Shown here piece after piece: positions 10,601 through 25,600 of a stretch of 60,036 nt of DNA. Origin of the DNA: a virus (taxonomy: Duplodnaviria; Caudoviricetes); the IMG/VR virus record IMGVR_UViG_3300020045_001588, positions 1 through 60,036 of that record; one strand, written 5' to 3'. The notes beneath the pieces were generated by a model that saw only the letters and a list, made by a program, of their open reading frames with translations, made no database searches and was not told the DNA's origin. The translations under genes were made by a program, and so were the position numbers. Position 1 is the stretch's first letter. Each line of letters starts with the position of its first letter.

Positions 10601-13600
10601 CCAGTCTTGTAATCTAAGATTTTGAGCTTACCAGATGGCTTTACAATCAAGGAATCTATTTTACCCGCTACTTTCATATCAGCATTGTACACAGAAACCT
10701 CAGAATAAACAGTGTCTTTCAAACCTACAGGTACATTTGCACCGATGTTGATTCCTGCATTCTTCATTATGGCTGTAAAATTCTCCTTCTCAATAACCCA
10801 GTTATAACCTCCTTTGGCAGTAGTAGAAAGCATCTCTAATTCCTCTACCCTTCTAGCCATTCTATTCTGTTCAGAGGTATCGCCGTTCATGATAGCAATC
10901 TGGTACTGTAATAAAGCGTGAATCAAATCCCCTTTGACTTGCCATTGTCTATAAATAGAGTTTTTGAATTTGATAAACTCCTCCTTAGTGTACTGTATTC
11001 CCTCCTCTTCATACAACTCGCCCGCAGGTATATTCTTGAACGCATACTCTGCTTCTGCATTTACTATGGCTTCTGTAGTAGACATGAATGGTTTACCATT
11101 TGAATCGACCAACTCAAAACGCTTTAAAGAGAAATTACCAAGTAATGATGACACACGCTTGACAGCAGTGACTATATCACCACCGATAGACTCTCTAATT
11201 CCATAACTATCTGACTGTACACCATTCTCATCTACTTCTGGGTCTTCTATGAGCTTGGCAGCATCTAAGATGTCTTCTATTACACTACCCTCACCAGGCA
11301 CAGTGGAGTCTGGTTTAGAGCGTACAGTACCTACTTCCATAGCATACTTAGACAAATCTAGCTTAATAGTTTTACCATTGGCTAAAATGTACCCCAAATC
11401 ATTAATAGAGAGTAAGGATGCTCGTTCGTCAGATAATGAATCCACGTTAAACACGCCTAGCTTCTCTATGATTGCTTTGATAGCTCTACCTACAGATCTC
11501 AAGAGTCTACGCATCAAGCTATTAGAAGTATCCCCTAACTGCTTATATGCTGCCTTGCCTAGAGCTGTAACTAATGCCTCCACAAGCTGTTCATCCTTAG
11601 ACAGTTCTGGGTATGCCTTCTTAACCTGCTGAGTTATTGTCTTGTAGTCATCGCTTTGCACAAACTCTAACATAAGTTTTTGATACCACTCAGGATTCTT
11701 ATCCATTATAGCTTTCACTAAAGGGTGAGCAATCTCATGTAAGAATGTCTCACCATTAGCTTTGTCAGCGTTGATATACATAGTCCCATTGTGAATCATA
11801 CCCTTAGTAGCACTCTCTTTCATTGGCATGTTGTGAGCACGCACTATTTCTATAGGTATTCCAAATCTCTCTGTCATAGCTATAGCCATAGGCTGGAATT
11901 TATCCATAAGAGCCTTTTCTTGAGTACTTACTACATTAGAATCGCTGAACTTGATACCAAGCTTCACCGAATCAGGATTCATCATATCCTTCGCCACAGC
12001 TTGAACTATACCAAATTTACCTTGGTCTCTGCTTTCATTGTTGTAGCTATGGACAATGACTTTCATCCCTGGTTGTATGTATTCATTGTTTGTGGTAATG
12101 TCTGTACTGTTAATATCCTCAACTGGTACTGGGACAATAAAGGGCCCAAAGTAAGTATCCAAGTTGTAAGACCCGTCTAGAGCCTCCCTCGACACATCAT
12201 AACCACCCAAGTAGTTACGCATACCTATTTTTTGGTAGTACACGAAATCTTCAAATGGGTTATTTAATCGGATAAGGGCTACGTTGTCTGACGTTCTTAT
12301 GTATTTTGGGAAATCATTTTCTCCAAACTTCTTAGTTAATCCACTATCATCATAAGGATTTTCATACTTACGGTTATAGAAGTACATACCATCTTCTGTA
12401 ATACCACGGTAATCGGCTACCTCTTTCTGACCTGCTGAGGTATTCACTAAGATAGTTTTTCCTTCTGTAGCAATAGCTTTCATCTTTTTGGTAGAGATAA
12501 ATGGCAATTTTTCAACATTATTGATAGCCAATCTCAGCTCAAAATTAGAACGCATATTGTGTAGTACACCACTATCCAGAACCTTATTACCTTCTACATT
12601 TTGTGCGAATGTTGCCTTACGTACTCTGGTATCAATCTTTCTAATGTAATCATCTATCGGCTTCAAGTATTGAGTAGGTATATACATAGAGTAATTACGT
12701 ACCCCAAACTTGAGACCATAATTAAGGACTGCATACTTTACCAAGTCTCTCTTTAATTGCGGGTCTGTTATAGCCTCAAAAGCTTCCTGCATTTCTAAGT
12801 TATCAGTGTAGTCTGCATTAGATGACATACTGAACTCCAACCTTTTCAACCCGTAGCTTGTTGAGACACTTAGTTTCTTCAAGAACTTGTTATCCGAGTC
12901 CTTCTTAGCCGCTTCAATAGATTCCACAAACCTTTGAGACCAAGCAAACTTATTGGTCAAGACTTTCGGTTTCTTGTTGTACAAGTAGTGGAAAGGAGGT
13001 TCATTTCTAGTCTCTTCTCCATAAAAGGAGCTGACTAGGTAACTAACAACCTCATTCTTTATGAGCTTCTTGTTGTTCTTGTAGCTCATCTTGATTCTAC
13101 TGCTTTGGATTATCTCATCGACAAACAAATCTATTTGTGGAGAGTGTTTCATGAAACTCATCTGAGCAACTTCTTTAGCTCTTTGGAACACTTTGTACGC
13201 TGCCGCAATATTCGGTTGTCTCTTGAACAGGTTAGTTACTTGGAAGCCAAAGTTAGGGTTTGGGGTAAAATTGTTATCTGCATCTACTGTACCTATCTTA
13301 TTCCAGTACTCCTGTTTTTTCTCAATGTCCTCGTAAAGCACTGGCATATCTTGCATGATTCCTACAGCAGAAGAGAACGTAGAAATATCTGTACCCAAGT
13401 CACTGAGTTTAGCATACTCCTTCAATAAGCCTGCCTGTAGTAGCAACTCTGACAATGACAATTCCTCTAAAGTCCTATTCATCATAGAACGCATTTGATT
13501 TTCCGACGGTACTTTAGTCTCTTTTATATCAGAAAATATCTTGTACTGTTCACCATCTGGCATTTTAGAATTAATGTGCCCCAAAACAGAAGAATATACT

Positions 13601-16600
13601 CCATCTAAATCTTTGCCTACTTCTGTATGCTTCAATGAAATTGGCTGTAGCATAGTAATCACAGCATCTTTGAACTCCATACCAATTGCTAAAGCAGCCG
13701 CATAAATATTACCTGTTGAGTTAGTAGCATTGATTTTGTATAAAAGTTGGTCTTTCACGTTATCCACAGAAGTGTTGATAAGAGCATCAAGCACTTGCCA
13801 GATAGTTTTTCCTTCTTTTGGTTTTTCTACAAATTGACTATACTCTTTATCCACTATTTTTACAGTTCTATCCTCACTGGTACTTATTAAGAGTTTTGGG
13901 TAAGTATAATTCGAGACAGTCTGCTTTTTTCTAATATCTTGATACTTTTGAAAACGATTAGCGATTTCTGCTTTATTTGTAATACTGGTTAATTTGTTAG
14001 CATTTAAGTCTTCAAGACTATCTCCTGACGTATAAATCTCATTAAACTCTTTCTCTGGACCTCCTAACATAAAATGAGTTCTTTCATAAAAGAGTCTAAA
14101 CTCCTCTTTTGAACCGATGTCCATTAGAGCAGGATTAGTTTCCCATATAGGTACATAACTTTGTAAATGCTCACTATTTTTATTATGATTTAAAATATTG
14201 TCTATCCTTCCAAACCTATTACCAGATTTCAACATATACGCCAACGATTTAACCGCATTGGCAAACGTACCTACTAACTTCAAACCCTGAAAGTTAGAGT
14301 TGAACATTACCAAGTTATCCAGCGGATTCGACAAATCAATTCGTCGTTTACTATCAAGCCCCAGCAAGTCAATAGCATCAGAAATAACTTGAGTACTGAT
14401 TGGCTCTGCAATTCTTTGTATGTTGACAGGGTTTGAGATAACGTCAATGAAGTTTTCAACTATGATATTTCTTTGGAACATCTCATAGAATCTATCTACT
14501 TCATTGATTTTTGTGGCATCTGTACCTGCATCAGAATACATTTGAGCAATTTTTACCTCAGTTCCAGTTTTATCAAACACATATTTTCCAACTTCATTTA
14601 AAAAATATCCTGGAGGAGTACCGTCAACTATGCCAAACAATTCTAAACCTTTGCCAAATGATTCTCTATGTACCACATAAAGAGCATCCACGTCAAAGTC
14701 AGAACCGTGTTGTTTAACCAACTCTGGAGGTGCTACAATAACATTAGAACCTCTACTATCATAATACCCTGCTACTTTCAAAGTGATTGCTGAGTGTAGC
14801 TCCGTAGAGGGTACACGGTATGACATCATATCGGGCATAAGGAATGCACCAATTTTAGCCTTATCCGCAAAACTCTTGTCTATAAGAACCTCAGCATATA
14901 GTCTGCCATTCTCATCAGTTCTGTATTCTAGTAGTCTAGATTCAGTCTTTTGACCTGTTCTGGCTTTCTCTCCATAAGCACTCCAGTTTAAATCGTGTGC
15001 TGCTTTATCTCCATCAGATAGTCTGTTGTATCTATTTGAGCCTGGCTTAATCATCTCAAATCCATAAGCAGATTGTAGAGTAAACTTAGCTCCCTTGAAC
15101 TTAATCTTCACTGTAGACTTAGCAAACATATTCATGAGTTGAATCAGTGCCTTGTCTACAATATTCGGCATGTTGTAGCTGAGGTGCTCTAACATTTCAG
15201 CAATACGTTCATTACCTGCACCTGTCAAAGTCTTCTTCAATTCCTCTACAGTAACCCTGCCTTTAGAGTCTAGTTTCTTGTCTATCTTTTTAGAGCCATG
15301 TTCTACTAAGTTTGAGATAGCCGTGTAGATTTCAGTAGCCGCAGCATCGTTAACCACACCTGCCTCTGGGTTTACTTTCCCCAAAACATTAACAAAGTAT
15401 GCTAATTGGGTAAAAATAGACACCGCAGAATCCGTGGCATGGTTTGGGTTTAACTGTAGTCTGTAATTCTCATTCGACAACTCAATAACAGACTCTTCAT
15501 TGATTTTGAATGCCTTAGCTTCCTCAAATATGGTAGGAGTTTCAGCCGCACTCAAAGGAACTCCAACCTTATTACCAGTGATGTATATCTTCTCAGACAC
15601 ACCAGCTTCAATCATAGCCTCCTTCTCCTTCTTTAGTTTGGGATACTTATTAACTAAGTCATCTGTCAGTACAGCAGATGAATACTTAATCATTACAGGT
15701 ACACCATCTTTAGTAATCTCATAGTGTGCTGCTTTGAAAATTGCACCTGCTCCATAAGACTGTCCTAAACCTGCTACCAATTCATCAGCTCTTGAAGGTA
15801 ACATGAAACCCTGAGCATCCGCAATCTCTACTGGTTTACCATCCTTCCAGTCTTTGTATAATGCAGTATCCTTCTCTATAAACACCTTAGATATTTCATC
15901 GGCAAGCATTATAGGGTCATTTGAGATAGACACTTTAAAGGTTTTGGGTGCGAAGAATTTATTCAACGAATCACTGAACGGCTTAATACCTGGTGCAAAT
16001 ACACCTGACATCCTCTTCACCAAATCTTCTGCATTCTTAAAGTAGTTGTAGTTACCAGTAACTAGCTGATTCATGAAGTAGCTATTCACATAGTTGTTTG
16101 CTACCCATAATTCCGCAATTGCTAAGACATCTTCCTCAGTATATCCCAAAACTCCTACCTCTCTACCTACTAGATTTGGTATCTTGGCATCTTTGCTGAT
16201 GTACCCACGCTTACCTTCATTCAGTAATCGAACAGTACTTGCCACGTCATCTCCTATTGGAACATCATTGGCAACTAAAGTAGAGGCTACTCGCTTAGAT
16301 AACTCCTTCAAATTAGCCTCAAACTTATCTAAAACTGCATTGAACAAATTGCTATCAGCTTGAAGTTTAGCATACGTATCTGAGTTCAATTCTCCAACCA
16401 CAGATTTGATAGCATCTCCTAACTCCTCAGCATTGGTAGTCTTATATATACTGTAATTCTTAACTGGATGTGATGAGTCCTGAGATAGCAGTTGAGACAA
16501 CATTCTGCCCATACTCTCTCTCAGCTCCTTAGGTTTGAGGAGATTTACTTCACTACCAAGCAATCTAGGTCTGTTAGATATGGTATAGAAATACTGGATG

Positions 16601-19600
16601 TATTTAACCTTATCCGAAGACTTCAAAGTATTACCTTTTATGTATGATAGGAAGCCGTACGAGAATTGTCTCTTGAGATTCTCCATGATATTCTCATCAG
16701 AGTATCCCTTTCCAAACTCTTCTCCTCCTTCTCTACGTTGACCATCATGGTCTATAATTCTGTGGATAGTATTCAGTTTGCCTTCCACAAATGGATTGAA
16801 CTTAGCCCAAACTGTAGTTAAGTGCTTTGGTAAAGTAGCCTTCTTGATAAAGTTACTTGTCACATTAACTACCCTCTGCATAGTTTCCAATGCCTGGCTA
16901 CTGTTGTGGAATGAGTATCTAGTCGTACCATCGGTGCTAGTGTATTTAGCAGGTCTTCCGTCATCCCCTCCAGTACTAAGTAGTGAAAGTATGTTATTGA
17001 CTATACTCTTATCTTGGCTCAATAAATACTCGATGTCCTTGTATCTAATGTCCTCACTCTCACCAAGATAGCCTTCATCATTCTCTATAACTTTCAAGCC
17101 GTCTTTATAGGCATCAGATACAACGTTCTTAAATGCTATTAGGTTGTTTAAAACTTCGTTAGCATTTATGTCATTTATCTGTGACTTATCCTTCTTCAAG
17201 CCCATAGCCTTTAATAGAGACTGTACTCTATCAACCAAAGATGCTTTCTTTCCATCCTCAGATTGCTGAGTAGCATAGCTCCAAGTATCCTGTGGAATCT
17301 TTTGAAATTTGCTACTGATAGCCTTTTCAATATCCCCTGCAATGGCTCTTTCTGCACCATAGAACTGAGCATTAAAGTATCTCAGGATAGTAGACTGTTG
17401 TCCTATATCTCCTATTCTTGCCTCCTCAGCGATAAGTGGTGAAGCTTCTCTTTGGGATAACATAATACTCATCAATTCTCGGATAGTCTCTTGAGCCTGA
17501 TTCTGTTTGAAGTACCCAATTATATGCTCCTTACTGAGTTTAGATTCTCTAGATACTCTAGCTACAAATGCTGGAGTACTCTCACCCGAAAGTCGATCTA
17601 TCACTTTATCATTTTTTGTGATTTGTGATACAACTCTGGCAGAGTAATCCGATAAAGCATTTTCAGAGTACACGAATTTATTGTCACCAAAGAATCTTGC
17701 ATTTGGTAATAGTTTGATGTGTTCCTTTCTGTTGTCAATGTAATCCTCGCTTGTAGCTGTTTCGTATGTAGAAATTACTTTCTGCACTACGTAAGAGGCA
17801 TCGGACATAGTACCACTAGCCCCCAAATTGATATTGAGGAACTCTGCTGCTGAACGGATTTGGTCTACAAGATTTCCTTCACCTGCTACTAGGCTATTCA
17901 GTGTTTTGAGGCATACTAAATAAGCAAATCTAGGATTGACCCTAACACCACTGGGTCTGTAAATAAAAGATAGAAAGTTCTTAACGCCTTCCGTAGTTTT
18001 AGACTCATTGTTTTTCTCATCCGCCTGTAATGTTAATTCTTGAATATCGTTACTTGGGGTTTCTATATCAGATGCTAAGGCCTCATCAGTAGGTAAATAC
18101 CCTTCCTCTTCCTCGAAGCTTGACACAATATCTCCATCCTCAAACTTAAATGATGGGTATTGGTCTTTCCACAAACTGTTGAATACCTTGTTGCTCAATG
18201 TGCCGTCTGATTTCAATGGGAACAATTTACTCAATGTATTCATGTCTGTAGTAATCTTCTCCAAATCATCAAATGCTTTAGTAGCCTCTGCCTCAGTGGT
18301 AGCAAGGAATTGTAGTTTTTTAGCTACCCTGGCTTCTCTCTGATACTGCTCTAACTCTTTTACTAGTGTTTGACGAACATACTCTTTCGACTCGCTCATG
18401 GTTAATGGTGAGCTGATTAATGAACTGTTCATTACGGAACGCTTGATTACAGACTGCATTCTGTCTACAGCATCTCGATAAGTCTTGACGTTACCATAGT
18501 TTTTCTCAATCTCAGAGAAGGCTCTACGCACTGGAATAGCACCCTGTAAAGGAGTAGTGTACTTACCAGCTTCTATTTTCTGGAATACTTCTTCTACAAT
18601 GTCTTTGTTTTGGGAATACAGATTAAACCAAGACAAAATTTTCTTAAATATCCTGTCGACAAATTTCCCCAAACCTAATTCACGTGGCCCTTCCTGCCAA
18701 TTCATAAACAGATTTGCCAGGTGCTCATCGAACTGCTCTTCTGTCAATGCGTAGGTAGGGTCTAAGCTGCTTCGGAGTTGCTTTTTCTCACGGTCAGATA
18801 AGTAGTCATTATAGATAGCGTGCATTACTTCGTGTCGAACCACTTTATCATATACTGTATCATTCTCGCTTCTCAAAAACAAAGTATGGTCAGCGAACAA
18901 ACCAAGTAATTTTTCTCCTGGTTTAGACAGACGTTGTATGGCTGCTGTATTCAAGAACTGAATCTGGTCTTGAGTAATAGCAGGAAGCATTTTCTTGATG
19001 TCAGCCATTGCATCTGACAGTCTTATGATAGAACCTCTATCAGTATTCACCTCAGAATCAAATGCACGTCTAGCCTTCAATTGCTTGAGTTTGTCGTTCA
19101 ATTTGGATAGTTCGTCGAAAGAATCCGTTTTATCCATCAAGTCTAGAATCTCATCTATTCTTGTAGATGTTACCTGCTCCTCTTCCAAAAGTGGTACTTC
19201 CTTAGCCGCTGTAGGTAGAGGTTTGGTGCTCTCTGTAGACTCTGGAGTTACCTTCGATAGTTTCTCTACAGTTATAGCAGTTGGTAATATGCCACTGAAA
19301 GTAGTATGTACTAGATTGCCGAGTGCTTCTGCGTTGTCGAATGGCGAGTCCCCCAAATCATTAAACTCATCTATCATCAATGGCTTTCTGATGTATGTCT
19401 GCTTGGTGACATTAGCCCCAGACCTGTTCTTAAACTTGTATTTGTTTTGGGTCAAGTGCTTGCCGTCTACATAGTTTTCATCTGCCGTTATCGTCTTTAG
19501 AGTGTTGAGAGATAGGTTAGATGTTTCCTTCTTAGCCATAGCCTCGTCCATCTTCTCTCTAACCTCTTGACCCTCTTCACCCTCAATCATTGACATCTGA

Positions 19601-22600
19601 TTGTACAGTGTCTGAATAGCACCTTCTTGAGTACCAAGCAAATTGTTATCTTCTACCCAGGTTCTTACCGCATCCATCTTCTCAGACTCAGTATAGTTTT
19701 GGGTATTGTCCAACATGTAAGCCGCTGCAATCTTCATCATCTCATAAAGTTTTGTGTTACCACCTGTAGCAGCGATTAAAGACTTAGCTTTATATGATTT
19801 TTTACGATTGCTTCCACTTGTGTATTGCTGAACTCTGATACGTTGATTACCAACATACTCATTAGCCCTAGCAATCTGGTCTAGTGCAATCTGTGTTTTA
19901 CTGTTTGAGGTACTGAGTCTATACACCTTCTCATAGTCATGCTTCTTAGGAGACGACTTGAGTTTTGCATAGAATACAGGTTTGCCTTCTTTATTGGTCT
20001 TCTTTGTTTTGGGCTCGACTGCTTCGTAATCAGCACCCATCAAGTCTATCTCTTCCTGGGTAAATCTACCTTCTTCTTTTTTCACACCATACAATTGCAT
20101 AGCTACTTTCTGCACAGCCTGTATAGCATTCTGTCTTTTTTCCTCAGAAAGCAATCGCAAGAAGTCTGGCTGTTTATCTGGGTTACGTTTGTCAGCTATA
20201 AAGTATTCACGTCTAGCTATGTCGTAAGCAGATTCATCGAAGTCAGGTTCAAGCTCAACTCTGGCAACTGTAATGACACCTTCTGGACTATTCTTTTTAT
20301 CCTCCACTATTTTGAGGCTATTTCTGAATATACGAATTACATCATTGTAATTTTTGTCACCCATAACAAGCCCTGTTATTTTCTCCATCTCTTCAATAGA
20401 GTCGGCTAGGGTCTTGAGGAGTACTACTTGTGGTGAAGTCTTTTCTATTGCATTAGCTTGTAGACGCACAAACTTAGCACCTTGATAGTTCTTGGTGTTG
20501 TTCGCTCCTACCACTGCATACGGAATACCTGGTACTGGTTTGAAGTCATGAGTCCAGCCTCTACCACCTACTTCTGTATCAGTGAATATTTTGAACTTTA
20601 TATTCTTGCTTCTATCAATCTCAGAGTTATAGAAAAACCTTCTAGCGAATATATCTTCTAAGTCTTTGGCAACTGTTTTAGATGCTTTATTGATACCCTC
20701 ATACAGAAACTTCAAGTAGTTTGCCATGCCAATAGTACCCTCACCAACCACAAACTTCTGTAAGTCTGCTTTGGTGTACGGTTCGCCATTAGTACGGCTA
20801 CCATTCAAGATGTCCATGTTAAGGAGATTTGGCATTTGGTTATCACTGGTCAAACCACTCCGCAAATCTTCATACTTAGGATTAGACAACATACCACCAA
20901 AAATCACACCTATCTTTACCCACTTACCGTCTTTAGTTTGGGCTATCTGTGTAACCGTATCTTCTCCTGATACATTCTTATGGTGGATGTATAGTACTCC
21001 TGAGCCGATACCAATGTCTCCTCTTTTGATAGCTTTATATGCTTCTCCGTCTACATAGTCCACTACTTCTGGAGATTCCATATAAGCAGGTATTTCTGTG
21101 AGGGTCTCTACAGATTCCTCAGAATCAGTATCCACAGCCCCCATAAATTCTGGGTCTATGTTATCTTCTAAAGCCTCTGACTCACTTGGAGCACTAGCTA
21201 TTATTTCTACATTCTCATCAGTAGTTTCTGTGATTTCTGCCTCCTTGATAATAGCATCTTCCCCTGCGTCTGCTACATCTGGTTTTGAAGTTTTTGCTGT
21301 TTCCTTTACCGTCTTACCTGAGTTTAAACCGTCAATCATAGAAAGCTCGAATGTCTTAGCCTTTATGTAATTCGATTTAGCCTCTCTTGATTTATCGTCG
21401 TTAGTTACACCCTCAGTACTCAATGAGGCATCAACTATATTTTTACCAGTACCATTGAATATAGTAAGGGCATATTTCTTCGCACGGCTTAGGGCTGTGT
21501 ACATAGCAGTATTGAAGGCTTGTGGATCGTCTCCAAAGTTCTTAGACTCCATATCTACATATACCTCATCATAAGTCTTAGACTGTGCATCATATACAGT
21601 CATAACATCTGCCCCTAATCCTTGATAGTCTTCAACAGCTCCTGGCGTACCTACAATAATGGCTCTGGTTCTATTAGGGTCGGCTGCTATATTGCGTTTT
21701 AGAACTGCTTCAATCTGACTTCTATCTGTAGTGGTATGTACACCTAAAGCCAAAGCTTGAGATATATCTTTATTAGCACGTACCGATAGTAGGGTGACTG
21801 GCTGATTATTATCTTGGAACACATCTGACGCCTCATTCACAGCAGATACATCTGACCTATAAACTACAGTCAATGGATTTATAACGTGTATCTGTGCGGC
21901 CGTCGAGTATGTAACTACATTAGTAACATCGTCAGAGCTAGATAATCTAGGAGTAATCTGGGTAGGATCGCCTAACAACAGGATACGTACCTTATTACTC
22001 ATAAAGTTCCACAAAACATTACTAGGGATAGTAGCATACTCATCCACTATAACCATATCAATATCAGACAAGTCCTCAGGCTTTATCTCATTGAATGGTA
22101 TCGTTTTAGTTCCAGTAGCTTTCCCCAAAACTTCACTGGCTGTCTTCGTCAATGCAGTGCTAAGGATACGAGACTTATCTGTTTTAGAATTATCCAAAAT
22201 CCATCTTAACACTACATTAGTTTTACCAGTGCCTGCTATACCTCTCAAGAATGCGTGTCTGTCCTTACCACTAATCCAACTGATACCCTCACGAATGGCA
22301 ATCTCTTGTTGAGCAGTAGGCGCAAACTGCTCTGTCTCTGCCATTTTTATTTCAGAGGTTGCCACATCTTTCACATCTACATTCAGCAAAGAAAGTAGTT
22401 TGTTAAAACCTAAAGCATTCTCATACAGATTAAGCAAACTGATGAAATCCTCTTTAGGCATACCCAATTGAGTAGTATCATCTGGTAACGCCTGCACCTG
22501 CTTCTTCAAATCCGCTAAATCATCAGTGCGTTTGAAGTTGCTGTATAGTCCTCCTTTGTTTTGGGATACTCTTGGATACTTAGTAACCTGAGCCATGTTG

Positions 22601-25600
22601 CTCCATACATCCATGAAGACAGCTCTAGGGTTACTACCAAATTCTCTATTTATAGGGGTCTCTCGTTTAGACCTAGACATAACCTCAGCACTTATAGCAT
22701 CTTGTCTTGAGGCTATAATATCTCGTATCTTGCTGATTTGTGAAGGCCCTGCCAAGCTTTTTACCTTAGCTAGTAAAGCTGATAATGCTTCATAGTGGTA
22801 AGCAGCAAGCCCCAAAATGTCTTGAATGGCTTTATCAAATGTTCCATTAAGTACTGAATCTATGTACTGAAATAGTATCGGGTTAGCCTTAATTTGCGAT
22901 ACTACCAACGATGCCTCCTCAAATCCGATAGACTGCTGTCTCTTCTCTCTGTCAGCTTTGTTGGCGTTGACTATGTCTCTGATTTTGTATAATCTGGTCA
23001 ATAGGTCATTAGCCTCAATAACTATATGTTTGAGGTTCTGCACATCGTTTCTATCTTCAAACGCATCCCGAACTCTAGTCAGGTCGTCGATAGCACGCTG
23101 CACCATATTACCAGGATCAAAATAGTCATCCTTTACCGAACCATCTGGATTCAAAGCAGTGTCTATGACGTGATTACCCTTGACAAAGTATTCCCTAGCA
23201 TACAATTCTTTCAGATAGTCATCTACATTCTTAGACTTGTTGTTGATTTTATCCAGAGCAGATTCCTCGGTCTTCTGGGCTAGGACTTCTCTGGCATTTT
23301 TGAGGTCTTCAATCTTGTCGCTCAACTCAATATTCTTCTGAATATAGTCTTCGTTTATAGGGCCAACTAAATCCTCCTCATCTTCTGGTTCTAAATACTC
23401 TGGGGTATTATCTAAATCCTCCTGTAACGCCACTACTTTTCCAGCTTCCTCCTCGGTGAGAGCAGATAATTTCTGGGCTGTCATATAATCCAAGTGACTG
23501 ATATTCTCTTTAGCGTATCCCAAAACATCTTTAAGTGGTATCTCTCCTCTGCGGTATGCTGCTATCTTATCTGTCAGCGTCTGCATTCTTGTCTGGTCTA
23601 ACGCCGCTTGGTAGAAGAATTTGTTTCTGTTACCAATAGGAGACTCTACCCTATCAGATATATTCTCAGTAATAGCCTCCTCATTTTGGTCAGACATACG
23701 AACCCCTAACTCTGTGTTATTAAGCTCCTTACGTAATCCTTCATTAGCTATAACCTCATCCATAGTGTACATTGCTGTAGACTTCTGTCTTTCAGTAGCT
23801 TTCTTGTCTAGCAATACCTCAGCCGCAGACTCTACAACAGTTTGGGGAACTTCCCAAGCGTTAAACACTTCATCTGTATTGTATAGATACTGTTTAGACT
23901 TCTCGATACTGTCCGCTTTCATAGCAGCTAATTTCAGTATCTCATCAGATAGTTTCTTTTGGTCGGCTAATGGGTCAGAGATTAACGCTTGTCTATCCTG
24001 CACCATATCATCTATAGACTGACGTTTGATTTCTTCATAGAACAAACCTTTCTCAACTACCTTGTTAAATGCTGCTCTCTTACCTTTCTGATTAGCTTTC
24101 ACTAAACCATTTGCCAAGGCAACAGATTTCTTGTAAGCATCAGACATGTTATCTATCTTTTGTAGGCTCTGGTTTACAGTCTTAGCAATGTCAGCTCTGC
24201 CCTTAGCATCGAACTGACTAATCTCTGCTTTAGATTTACTCGCTACTATATCTGATTCCAATTCACCTTCTTTACCATCAGGAGTATTGGCATCTGCTAC
24301 AGCTTTAGTTGCAGTGTCTACATCTTTATCTTTCTCTTCGACCTTTGCTCTTTCCTCTATACTTTTCTTCGTTCTCCACTTCAAGAAAGTAAGTGCATCG
24401 TCACCAGCATTCTCCAGCCTACCTGTTTCCATCTCACGATACACTGCCGCAGACAAAGCCATGTTCTCATTAAGCTTTGCCATATCAGAGTTACCTGTCA
24501 ACATAGATACCATCTGTCTGTCGAATAGCTCTTTGTTGTTAGCTATCTGCATCAGCAACTTACCATGTGCTTCTAGGTCTCTTACAGGATTACCATCTTC
24601 GCCTAGTACCAAGTCACCCTTCTTATGGTTTGTGCCATCCTCTTGATGTTTGAGGTACAGGGATTTGATGTCAGCATTATACATAGAGTCAGACTTTCTC
24701 AAACCATTAAGCCAATCTCCCATCTTAGAGTTTTGGTCTCTAGCCTGACTAGCACTCTCGACAGCTCCCATTGGTGCTCCCAAAATCATACCAAGCACTA
24801 CAGCTTTCTGTCCCTCTTTAGTACCTAGGTTTGTGAGTAATCCTGATAGGTAGTTTAGGGTTCTATCTCCAACGCCTACATTCTTATCATTCAATCCTGC
24901 TTTCACATCAAAGTTCTGAATACTTTGCTCAATATTCTCTTCCCACAAACCTTCAATAGCGGCCCCTTTTACTGCCCCCTTCAAAGCTTCCTTACCTACA
25001 TTCTTTTGTAGTACTGATTCACTGATACCTTCATAGATATTTTCCCAAGTAGTCAGTCCTTTTCTATCCACTGCATCTACTACAGTAGCATGTAAATCTG
25101 CAAGCTTTGACTTAGATAAACCTAAGATGATTTTAGATTCCCAGATTGCGGGTGCTATATGTGTCAAGAAGGTAGCGTTGAAGGTATCAGCCGCATGAGC
25201 ACTAGCTACATCCTTAATTTCCTCTGGAGTATATTGAAGCCCAGTAGAAGGGTTTACTTTCCCTTCTAGTTTTTGGGTAATTTGGGAACGAGTATCTTGT
25301 GCCTGTAATGCCCCGCTGAATCCTGCATTAACAATACCTGCTGTTACTGCTGAATAGTTATTGGCTATAGCATTTGCTACCTTGGCAGCACCTGGCACCG
25401 ATTCTAATAATGTAGCTGCACCTGTTCCTTTAGCTAAGAAAGCTGCACCTTTACCTATAGTATTCAGACCTGCACCCATAAACTTAGTGCCTATAACTTG
25501 TGCAGCTAAGAACGCTACACCATCACCTACATCATCAGCCCAAAACTTAGATGTACCCATCTGCTCAAGCAATGATTTACCGTCGTAAGCACGGGTGGCA

